Shown here: piece by piece, positions 22,988-31,612 of the stretch
Layout: each line of letters begins with the position of its first letter
Position numbering within the stretch: position 1 is the stretch's first letter
Assembly (NCBI RefSeq): GCF_006345805.1
Contig: NW_021832211.1
Location: 1-31,612, forward strand
Length of the DNA: 31,612 nt
Direction: 5' to 3'
From: Octopus sinensis
Taxonomy: Eukaryota
The notes under the pieces: model-generated
Seen by the model: only the letters and a program-made list of their open reading frames with translations
Told to the model about the DNA's origin: nothing
The model's database searches: none
Translations under genes and position numbers: made by a program

Positions 22988-24366
22988 CACGTGTATGCTA
23001 TCAACACATACGCGCGGACACTCATATGTCTCGATTTGTTTGACTACTTTTTTAATTGTGTAGACAGACCAGAGAAGACAGCACCCGAGGCCCGTTTTGG
23101 GGACATGCACAGCAGCCGAGACTAGTGGAGGATGATCGACTTGACCCGAATACTTGCAAGATTCCGTTAAAAAGCAGACAGGGGTTTCGTTGGGGTGGTT
23201 TTAAATCAGATAACTGCAAATAAAAGTTTGCGAGGTAAAAAAAAAACAAAAAAACTCGAGCTTTTGGATACGAATTTTAGGGGACTGATGCTACTGGGTA
23301 AGAAAGAATGAGTGTAAGTGACCAGTAAGGATTCTGGTAACAGTGGAAGACACAATAAGGGTGAGATGAGGAAGGAAGATGCGTGAATCGAGTGGACCAC
23401 ATCTGAAATCAACCAGTTTTGGGGACCAGAAGCCACTCTAATCACGGTAGAAAAGACAGCATTGAAACAGACGACACGCTTTTGTATCAGCGAGAGACTT
23501 TATGCCAACCAAGTGGTTGGTATTTTTATACGGTTTACTAGCAGCATAACCCGGCGTTGCCCGGGTATGTAAGAGCCCCTAGTAGGCAACGACTAATCCC
23601 AATCTAGTCCTTTCCCTCTAGGGAACGAAGGCGCATGTGTAGGTTGCAATGTCTTCTCTTCACTTGAATACTTCTGTGTATACGATGTTCCTAGCTGTCC
23701 CTTTGGGCGATAAAAAGGTCGAGTTGTGTCCCCTAGACAGAAAATGTGTTGCATATAAAAAGCTTAGATTCTCGACCCCATGTCGAATTTATCGATTATT
23801 TTCAGAACTGGGGGAACTTTTCAAAATTTTCGCTGCGTTAGTTTTGAATTATGACATTGGGCTATGTGTGTGTCAAGTTTCATCAGAATCGGTTGAAAGC
23901 CGTGGTCAGGGTGAGGGTACAACCTGACAGACACACAGACACACAGACAGACAAACTGCCGTTTATATAGAGAGAGATGATGTCTTAGCACGTAACAGCA
24001 GCAACAACAATATCTTAGATGCGAGAGCAGTATTGTATGGGGAGAATCACATGCGCTTTCTTATGGGGTTACTAGCTGTTGGAGCTTTCTTTTTATCCGG
24101 CTAATCTGTCTAGTCTGCCGTTACTTTTTTAAATCCCTTTGCATAGGTCATGTAAGTGGAAAAGTATTTGTATGCAAGATTTTTCTCAGATTTAAAATGT
24201 GACATTGTTTTTTCATTCAAAATTTCTCCTAACCGGTGCTTTTAACCATAACGAAATAATTGCTTTTTTTTTTCCTCTTTGACAGCTACAACTGGTAGTG
24301 GAATGGAACGTCGTGGAGGGTACCAAGAAACTGTTCTGTGTGAAAATCCCTGCTCTTCTGCAATAA
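18332..24366 (+). CDS. NPC2: Spliced 4-exon gene, NPC intracellular cholesterol transporter 2-like / ML-domain protein, 148 aa: MNNSLHFIPLFLFAFAVVVGASPYQACQSELGTVSDVRVSKCDNSPCILPRGGQVTIEVDFTLSAEVKTAQESVFGIINGMHLPFPTTSPNACSGKGLTCPLKQGVKYTYKSVIPISSIFPKLQLVVEWNVVEGTKKLFCVKIPALLQ
   Basis: Hand-spliced exons of 82+108+176+81 nt join in frame with GT..AG introns (phases 1,1,0). Hydrophobic signal peptide; Cys at 27, 42, 47, 93, 100, 140; motifs PFP..P.AC, CPL, P.LQLVVEW and LFC.KIP match the NPC2 family as I know it. Orthology versus paralogy is not established. Confidence 0.93.
18455..18770 (-). mobile_element. SINE family A 3' half plus a second fragment (NPC2 intron 1)
   Basis: Matches other family A copies. 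Confidence 0.83.
19265..19440 (+). mobile_element. Diverged SINE family A head (intron 1)
   Basis: gggtttcagtccca..cgc...ccttgggcaa...gacggaaactgaaa. Confidence 0.7.
19538..19849 (-). mobile_element. SINE with family C-type head and a different 3' tail; 13-bp TSD (1 mismatch)
   Basis: TSD tcttaac(c/t)ttatt at 19525-37 and 19850-62; tail cctgcgacggaccggcgtcccgtccagg...gaaaccggg. Confidence 0.87.
20296..20528 (-). mobile_element. SINE family B with 15-bp TSD, inside the hAT transposase
   Basis: aagttcaatgatttc at 20281-95 and 20529-43. Confidence 0.93.
20995..21418 (-). mobile_element. SINE family A, full length (intron 1)
   Basis: Head, internal microsatellite and body with an (aagagt)-like tail. 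Confidence 0.9.
21576..21683 (+). CDS. NPC2: NPC2-like exon 2 (QSELGTVSDVRVSKCDNSPCILPRGGQVTIEVDFTL)
   Basis: Acceptor tttttaatttcAG; donor GTAGGT; 108 nt; C-x4-C motif. Confidence 0.92.
21755..21840. repeat. (TTG)n(GTG)n microsatellite (intron 2)
   Basis: Read directly. Confidence 0.93.
22081..22312 (-). mobile_element. SINE family B with 17-bp TSD (intron 2)
   Basis: tttccagc(g/a)ggaaatac at 22064-80 and 22313-29. Confidence 0.92.
22659..22834 (+). CDS. NPC2: NPC2-like exon 3 (SAEVKTAQESVFGIINGMHLPFPTTSPNACSGKGLTCPLKQGVKYTYKSVIPISSIFPK)
   Basis: Acceptor ggttctAG; donor AAG|GTAAGA; 176 nt; overlaps ORF-track entry 22649-22888. Confidence 0.94.
23050..23520 (-). mobile_element. Decayed CR1/Jockey-group LINE 3' end (intron 3)
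   Basis: Frameshifted CLFYRD*SGFWSP.LVDF / HPYCV / YTHSFLP resemble the LFYRY..G.CS.EL...HPY....SF.P C-terminus. Confidence 0.45.
23538..23977 (-). mobile_element. Non-autonomous Helitron (intron 3)
   Basis: On the minus strand: A|TCTCTCTCTATATAAA ... acccgggcaacgccgggt ... CTAG|T; 5' half shared with 9170-9551. Confidence 0.85.
24286..24366 (+). CDS. NPC2: NPC2-like exon 4, terminal (LQLVVEWNVVEGTKKLFCVKIPALLQ*)
   Basis: Long polypyrimidine tract then gacAG; TAA at 24364-24366. Confidence 0.93.
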   Translation, partial: LQLVVEWNVVEGTKKLFCVKIPALLQ

Positions 24367-24367
24367 A
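24362..24367 (+). promoter_or_regulatory. AATAAA overlapping the NPC2 stop codon (possible poly(A) signal)
   Basis: cAA TAA A; the next canonical AATAAA I found is at 25394-25399. Confidence 0.3.
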
Positions 24368-24814
24368 ACTGCACCCGTTACCATTCGTGGTAGGGAAAGA
24401 GTCATGCCAAGAATAAGGGACCTCAGTCGTTAACTCGTATGTGTGTGTGAGTAATTATATGTGTGTGAGTTCATTATGTGTACTAAATGTATGCGTGTGA
24501 GCTGTTATGCATATGTACATACATGCACACACTTGTATACATATGTAGGTGAATACAAGCAAATGCACATTCAACTATATGTATGCATGTACGTATAAAT
24601 GTGTGCGTGTAAGTGTTTGTGTGTATGTGTAAGTGTTTGTGTGTGTGTTTGTATGTATGTGCGTGTGTGTGTGTATATACGCACACACACATCCACACAC
24701 CCACAAGTAAGCACAGAAATGCAAAACAAGTTTGAAAAAAATAGTACTCGAATACTGAAGGCAGAGCAACATGCTTTTTTTGTTAAAACTGCAAAAATTT
24801 CATAAAAAAGCTGC

Positions 24815-24901
24815 TACTCAGAGTTTCACGTTCCCGTTTATCGGGCTGTTGTGATACTGTATCACAAATGCCCGACGAACGGGAACGTGAAATTTTGAGT
24901 A
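24815..24901. repeat. 87-bp palindrome (43-bp arms, 1-nt centre), each arm a hammerhead-like motif
   Basis: + arm CCGACGA-ACG(ggaa)CGT-GAAA-ttttgag-TA (24872-901); - arm CCGATAA-ACG(ggaa)CGT-GAAA-ctctgag-TA. Confidence 0.85.
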
Positions 24902-25228
24902 AAATGTATATATGTGTATATGTTTCGATGTGGGCACATGAAAATCTATAATTACGCTTATGTATACTTAATACGTAAGTGATGCGTACTTAAATCTAGC
25001 TACATTTAATGTATGTAAATATATGCAGGATTTTTGTGCAGCATCAGCAACATAGTGGAAAGTCAGTATAACAATAATTGAAAACCAAGACAATGTGAAA
25101 ATGTTATAATTCTGCGGCCATCGATAAAATAACCACTGTTTACAAACAACATATATTGTTCCGACACTTTACAACGCATACATAATGATGTATGTATGTG
25201 TGTCTATGCGTATCGGTATATATATGTA

Positions 25229-25268
<40 letters not shown>

Positions 25269-25274
25269 TTATAT

Positions 25275-25440
25275 AGCTGAAATTTACAAAAAAGCAAAAG
25301 ACGGGTATGTAAACAACAAACAAATGTATTATTTTAACGCTCAGGAAGTCTTTACGTTTCGAGCCTACGCTCTTCGACAGAAAGGAACACAGAAATAAAC
25401 AGGGTGGAAAAAACAGAAAAAGGTTTAGTGGCTAGCATCT
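25275..25440 (-). mobile_element. Penelope-like terminal fragment between (TA)n runs, with hammerhead-like motif at 25350-25384
   Basis: cttt-CTGTCGA-A-GAGC(gtag)GCTC-GAAA-CG-TA-aag; flank similar to 13190-13310. Confidence 0.5.
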
Positions 25441-25505
25441 ATATATATGTATTTATATATTATATATATTATATATATATATATATATAATATATATATC
25501 TATAT

Positions 25506-25552
<47 letters not shown>

Positions 25553-25564
25553 TAGATATATATG

Positions 25565-25600
<36 letters not shown>

Positions 25601-25834
25601 TATTCATGCATATATTGTTTTTGTATATTGTATACGGGCAAATGTGTGTGCGTGTGTGCGGTGTATAAAAGTTTGTAAGTAAATTTACTTTTTGTAAAAA
25701 AAAAGATATTTGAAGATAAACTGTTTTTCTTGTTATTACTGTAGGAAAGAAAGAAAGATAGAAAGAAGGAAAAAAGAAAGAAAGAAAGAAAAAAGATAGG
25801 AAGGAAGGAAGAAAGAAAGAAAGACCACATGCTT

Positions 25835-26115
25835 TACTTTTCTTATTCGGAATTTGCAAATCCGGTGGCTTCGATGATCCCGCTAAGGTACGGGATGCAA
25901 ACACACCACCATCGGTTGTCAAGTGATGGTGAGGGAACAAACACAGGCACACAAACATGTTCACACACACACACACATATATATACACATATACGACGGG
26001 CTTCTTTCAGTTTCCGTCTCCCAAATCTACTCACAAGGCTTTGGTCGGCCCGAGGCTATAGTAGAAGACACTTGCCCAAGGTGCCACGCAGTGGGACTGA
26101 ACCCGGGACCATGTG
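25835..26115 (-). mobile_element. SINE family A, partial
   Basis: Matches other family A copies. Confidence 0.86.
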
Positions 26116-26284
26116 ATGTCACAATGCGGATATCTATAGGTATATAAATCCCAAATACTCTAGTTTAATATATTATATTTTGAAGAGATATTTTTTCTTT
26201 GAATATATTATATAAAATATCGTAAAATATTAAACATTATTGAGTCAGAAAACAGAGAGATTAATTAATTAATCAAAATATTCA

Positions 26285-26449
26285 CAAGGAGTGGCTGTGT
26301 GGTAAGTAGCTTGTCTACCAACCACATGGTTCCAGGTTCAGTCCCACTGCGTGGCACTTTGGGCAAGTAGCTTCTACTAAAGCCTGGGACCGACCAAAGC
26401 CTTGTGAGTGGATTGGTAGACAGAAACTGAAAGAAGCCCATCACATATG

Positions 26450-26535
<86 letters not shown>

Positions 26536-26820
26536 GTGGGTGTGTGTGTGTGTGGTGTGTGTGTGTGTATGTGTGTGTGTGTGTGTGTGTTGTTGTGGGT
26601 GTGTGTGGGTGTATGTTTGTGTGTCTGCGTTTGTTTCCCCCGACATCGCTTGACAACCGATGCTGGTGTGTTTACGTCCCCGTCACTTATTGGCTCGGCA
26701 AGAGAGACCGATAGAATAAGTACTAGGCTTGCAAAGAATAAGCCCTGGGGGTCGATTTGCTCGACTAAAGGCGGTGCTCCAGCATGGCCGCATTCAAATG
26801 ACTGAAACAAATAAAAGAAT
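26285..26820 (+). mobile_element. SINE family A, full length, with expanded internal (TA)n(TG)n
   Basis: ggagtggctgtgtggtaag head through aatgactgaaacaaataaaag. Confidence 0.9.
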
Positions 26821-27050
26821 ACAGTTGTTTCATTTCACAAACAAAACTGAAATTACAAAATATATATATAAATATATAATTTTGCATTTTAAAATACCCT
26901 GGATGGAAGCTCATCAGGGTGTACAAGGGACAATAAGGATTACATTAGGATACGTTTAGGTTCCTCAGAATGTATAGTCGTCTTTATTTCGTGTGTATGT
27001 ATACTTGTGTGTGTACGCATGCGTTAAAATTATTCTTTTTATTTCAATTC

Positions 27051-27090
<40 letters not shown>

Positions 27091-27103
27091 TAATAATAAA
27101 ATA

Positions 27104-27416
27104 ATAGCAAAAGGGCTGATTGCTACCTAACTCAGATACCAGGAAACTCCAAAATGGCAGAAATTCAAAAGATAGTGCTCATGGGAACTGCTCATATCCT
27201 ACGCAAAATACTTTCTATGTAATCTCAAGGCTTAAAACAAACATAATTTTTTTTTTTAGACATCCACTAGTACAACACAAAAAAAAAAAAAAACAACCAA
27301 ATATATGGCACACTAGGCATAACAACAACGTGAGCTTCTAACTTGTTGTCTCTTGAGGTCTCTGGATGAGACTTGGAGCCAACTTGTACAAATGTAAAGC
27401 AAAAGTCAAACATAGA
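27104..27416 (+). mobile_element. 5'-truncated R4/Dong-type non-LTR retrotransposon 3' end inserted in (TAA)n
   Basis: ADCYLTQIPGNSKMAEIQKIVLMGTAHILRKILSM* (stop 27220-22); (TAA)n on both sides. Confidence 0.85.
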
Positions 27417-27419
27417 ATA

Positions 27420-27472
<53 letters not shown>

Positions 27473-27505
27473 GTTATCGCCATACTAATATGGCATTCTT
27501 ATAAA

Positions 27506-27552
<47 letters not shown>

Positions 27553-27679
27553 ATGATGGGTTATAATATATACGGGTAAAATATTGTAAGTGAAAGTGAA
27601 ATAAAATTAATGTTTGTACGCACGTGTGTGTATATGTGCGTATATGTAAGTATATACGTATATATTCTTTTTTCTTTTT

Positions 27680-28070
27680 ATTTTTACTTGTTTCAGCCAT
27701 TTGACTGCGGCCATGCTGGAGCACCACCTTTAGTCGAGCAAATCGTCCCCCCCCCCACACCCAAGACTTATGCTTTGTTATAACAGTACTTATTCTATCG
27801 GTTTCTTTTGCCGAATCAGTAATTTACGGCGACGTAAACACACCAGCATCGGTTGTCAAACGATGTTGGGAAGACAAAAACAGACACACAAACATACACA
27901 CACACATACATATATACATATATACAACGGGATTCTTTCAGTTTCCGTCTACCAAATCCGCTCACAAGACTTTGATCGGGCCGAGGCTATAGCAGAAGAC
28001 ACTTGCCCAAGGTGCTACGCAGTGAAACTGAACCCGGAACCATGTGGTTAGTAAGGAAGCTACCTACCAC
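27680..28070 (-). mobile_element. SINE family A
   Basis: Matches other family A copies. Confidence 0.88.
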
Positions 28071-28173
28071 ATGTAACAATTGTAGGTGAATATGTTGACT
28101 AATTAATAAATTAATTTGTATCCATTGGATCTCTCTATTTTCTAATTCGATAATATATTTATTTGTGCTCCAG

Positions 28174-28410
28174 AAGGCGGCGAGCTAGAAGAAACGTTCG
28201 CGCCGCGCCGGACGAAATGCTTAGCGGTATTTTGTCTGCCGTTACGTTCTGAGTTCAAATTCCGCCGAGGTCGACTTTGCCTTTCATCCTTTCGGAGTCG
28301 ATTAAATAAGTACCAGTTAGGCACTGGGGTCGATATAATCGACTTAATCCCTTTGTCTGTCCTTGTTTGTCCTCTCTATGTTTAGCCCCTTGTGGGTAGT
28401 AAAGAAATAG
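28174..28410 (+). mobile_element. SINE family B with perfect 21-bp TSD
   Basis: atatatttatttgtgctccag at 28153-73 and 28411-31. Confidence 0.94.
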
Positions 28411-28600
28411 ATATATTTATTTGTGCTCCAGTATGGCCCCCCAACCTTTGGCTGAAACCAGTAAAACTAGAACGATAAAAGATATTTGTGTATATGTGTA
28501 CATGTTAATCTAAGCTAGGATACAAACGTGCGTTTTGTTTCTTTATTGCATTTCCCGTTACGTGCATGTGTAAGTCAATAAGATCTTTGTATTCGAGTTT

Positions 28601-28676
28601 GAGTGGACGACGAACAAAGCACTTTAAAAGATTTATGTTCGTTCGTGTTTTCCTGTTTGTCTGTGTGTATATGATA

Positions 28677-28746
<70 letters not shown>

Positions 28747-28875
28747 TGGAGAGATAATGTGGAGAGATGCAAAGACTCGGTGTAGAGTTTCTTCCGCCCG
28801 CAACACTATAATATTACCGCACGCTGAGATACTATTGCATGCGGTTGAGCAGAGCGAGGTCATCAGATAAACAGA
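28601..28875. repeat. ~270-bp segment duplicated at 30008-30269
   Basis: Direct repeat; differences are scattered substitutions and (GT)/(GA) tract length. Confidence 0.93.
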
Positions 28876-29154
28876 AGCATGAAATATCTGCAACTATAGA
28901 ACGGCGAATCAAGCCGGTCTCTTCCATTGAAGACTTGTGTAGTCTTTGTCTCCTCAGATCTGGCGTTACTCAACATGAAAAAATAATACTAATAAATCAT
29001 TGTATGTATGTATGTATGTATGTATGTATGTATGTATGTATGTATGTATGTATGTATGTATGTATGTATGTATGTATGTATGCAGATGTGTATGTATTGT
29101 TCTATGTATGTATTCTCGTGCATATAGTTGCATATCTAGACATGCTCATATATA

Positions 29155-30110
29155 TTTAAATGATAAACTTCTGGAAAGTTTTACAGATTTTAACAGTTCC
29201 AGTGATGGATTGGACCTGTAGTCTTCGAATTAGCTTTCTCCTTTCTGGTTTCGAGAAGCTTAATTTCTTAAGCTTGGTATGTAGAAAGTATGTTACAGGT
29301 ATTAACCTGAACTTGTAATCTGGATAGAGTAACTGCAGATTTCTTAATAGTTCAGCATAGATGTTCTCTTTTTCACTGATCTTCAGCTTTATGTTAACAT
29401 TGCTGGGCGGCTAATTTCCACAACTGTGCACAGTTTCTCTTCTCTATTCTAAATCATTATATCTGGTCTGTTGTGCTTACATTTTATTGAGGTTTTCACT
29501 GGTACATTCCACCAGTACTTTTTTTTATTATGAGTTACTCTGGCTTCTACCATATTGTGGGTTCTTATTTATTTTTCCTCGGGGTTATCCTTCCGGCGGA
29601 TTTCATTATAGAGTGTCATAGTTACAACATCATGTCTCATCGGCAAATATACCGTGATGATATTTTCGGACAACTGCCTTTGATGTGGGTGATATCTTCA
29701 GCGTGAACTCCACAAAGTCTGCATAGGTTGTTATATTTTACAGCCCTTCCTGCATCTCTCCCTTTTGTGCATCAGGTAATTGGTTGATATTTCCTGTTCC
29801 TGGATTGCAAGCGCATACCCTTCAAAGTGGGAGGTAGTAATCCGGCTATAGGTCGATGTTACTATCACTTCGGAGCTTTCCAGTAACATATCCATGCATA
29901 GTCTTCTGCTCATATAGGCTCATCCTTTCATCTGATGATACGTTGCGGTAGAATCGTGCAACTTTGGGTATGTATTCTAGGTTATCTGACAAAGAATATT
30001 GTTCAAGGAGTGGACGACGAACAAAGCACTTTAAAAGATTTATGTTCGTTCGTGTTTTCCTGTTTGTCTCTGTGTATATGATAGTGCGTGTGTATGTGTG
30101 TGTGTGGTGT

Positions 30111-30141
<31 letters not shown>

Positions 30142-30905
30142 GGAGAGATAATGTGGAGAGATGCAGAGACTCGGTGTAGAGTTTCTTCCGCCCGCAACAC
30201 TATAATATTACCGCACGCTGAGATACTATTGCATGCGGTTGAGTAAAGTGAGGTCATCAGATAAGCAGAGATATCTTCCAAGTCGTATGATGTCGTTAGC
30301 CTCATGTATGCAAACTTGGTCAAAGGATGCACTTCAACTCTTGGTGGTTAAAAGATATTGCCGAAGGGATATGATGCGATATTTAAAGTCATTTTCGATC
30401 GATTTTAAGCCTCTACTGCCTTGTTTTCGTTTTTGATGGACGCGGTTTATGTGGAAATTATGTGCCCTTTTTAGTATTTTTCGGGTTTTCACATCAAAGG
30501 CTCGCATGTCATCAAGCGTCCAATCAAGCAGCCCAAATGTTGGTGTGAGTACTGGCACTGCAAACACATTATGGACCACTGTTTTATTGAATGCAGAGAG
30601 TTCTGAGGTCCAAATTTTCATTTTTCGGCTGTAATATTCTTTATGACACGTGTTTTGTTACAGGTGCCATTGTAAGATATATTTTCATCCACCCCTAGAT
30701 ATCTATAACATTCCTCGTCAGATACAGGGGAAACAGTCAAATCATTGATGGAGATGTTACTAGACTGGTTTATAGTTTTCCCCCTTTTCACAACCATATA
30801 ACAACATTTATCCTAACCAAACTCCAACCCTACATCCTTTGAGAATGTTGTAACTAGATCAAGGCTCTTTTTCATCTCATAAATATTCTTTGCATAATGT
30901 TTCAA
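29155..30905 (-). pseudogene. Decayed R4/Dong-clade RT-RLE retrotransposon (late RT, thumb, CCHC, restriction-like endonuclease)
   Basis: LDLVTTFSKDVGLEFG*DKC; FAVPVLTPTFG..DVKTRKIL..GSRGLKSIE; EGYALAIQEQEI; CRLC..EDITHI..SCP; HNRPDI; GTVKICKTF. Confidence 0.88.
30008..30269. repeat. Second copy of 28601-28875, inserted in the R4/Dong ORF
   Basis: Flanks rejoin as ...IIRLGRY/LEQYSLSDN...; no TSD seen. Confidence 0.9.
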
Positions 30906-31179
30906 GAATATATGTATGTATGTATTATATGCATACATATATACATATATATATATATAAATGTATGTATGTATATATATGCAAATATGTATGTATGTAT
31001 GTGTATGTATGTATATATATATATATACATACATATTTATGTATATATTTATAAATATATGTAAGCATGTATGTATGTGTATGTATATATACATATATAT
31101 ACATACATATATACACACATATATATATATATATACACATACATATAATGTATGTATATATGTGTAAGCATGTATGTAC

Positions 31180-31365
31180 GCGTGACAACCGGTGCTGGTT
31201 TATTTATGTTCTCGTGACTTTGCGGTTCGGTAAAAGATACCGATAGAATAAGTACGAAATCTCGAAAATAAATCCTGAAGTTTATTTGTTTGACTAAAAT
31301 ACCCCTGCAGGGCTGCGTACTTGCATGGGCGCAGTCCAATGACTGAGGCAAGTATAACAGAAAAG
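31180..31365 (+). mobile_element. Diverged SINE family A 3' half
   Basis: tgacaaccggtgctgg...ccgatagaataagtac...aatgactga. Confidence 0.78.
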
Positions 31366-31408
31366 ATAGAGATAATAATAAGAAAAATATAGTAAAAGGT
31401 ATAGTATA

Positions 31409-31612
31409 GTGAAGGCACATGGCTCAGTGGTTAGAGCATCGGGCTCACAATCATGAGGTAGTGAGTTCGATTCCTACACAGGGATGTGCGTTGTGTTCTT
31501 GAGTAAGACACTTTTTTCCCGTTGCTCCCATTCAAGACACTTTGTTTCACGTTGCTCCAAGCTGTATCGGCCCTTTGCCCTTTCCCTTTGATAACATCAG
31601 TGGCATGGAGAG
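31409..31612 (+). mobile_element. SINE family D (runs off the window end)
   Basis: Matches the reverse complement of 12575-12914. Confidence 0.87.

Noticed and set aside
28773-28870. Minus-strand CTGATGA ... GAAACTC(tacacc)GAGTC in the duplicated segment
   Set aside because: Stem III looks good, but stem I does not pair and stem II does not close next to GAAA
29155-30905. Functional reverse transcriptase gene
   Set aside because: Multiple stops, frameshifts, an insertion and 5' truncation

Overview
Eukaryotic, AT-rich, microsatellite- and transposon-saturated DNA. The SINE families and repeat landscape resemble what I recall of coleoid cephalopod (Octopus-like) genomes; this is an inference, not a database result. 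There is one well-supported gene, which the ORF track misses because it is spliced: a 4-exon, 148-aa NPC2/ML-domain lipid-binding protein on + (CDS 18332-18413, 21576-21683, 22659-22834, 24286-24366). It has a signal peptide, six NPC2 cysteines and no N-glycosylation sequon in the mature chain. A compact SRE/STAT/CCAAT/CRE-like motif cluster lies just upstream. The rest is modular tRNA-headed SINEs (several with clear TSDs), two non-autonomous Helitrons, MITE/fold-back elements, and decayed mariner, hAT(Charlie/Buster), R4/Dong, RTE, CR1/Jockey-like and Penelope-like remnants. The most unusual signals are (i) several minimal type-I hammerhead-ribozyme-like motifs, mostly with non-canonical cores (CCGACGA, CTGTCGA), two of them forming a palindrome about 450 nt downstream of the NPC2 stop, and (ii) four long fold-back palindromes that abut (TA)-rich runs. 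Nearly all ORF-track entries are artefacts of simple repeats or SINEs.
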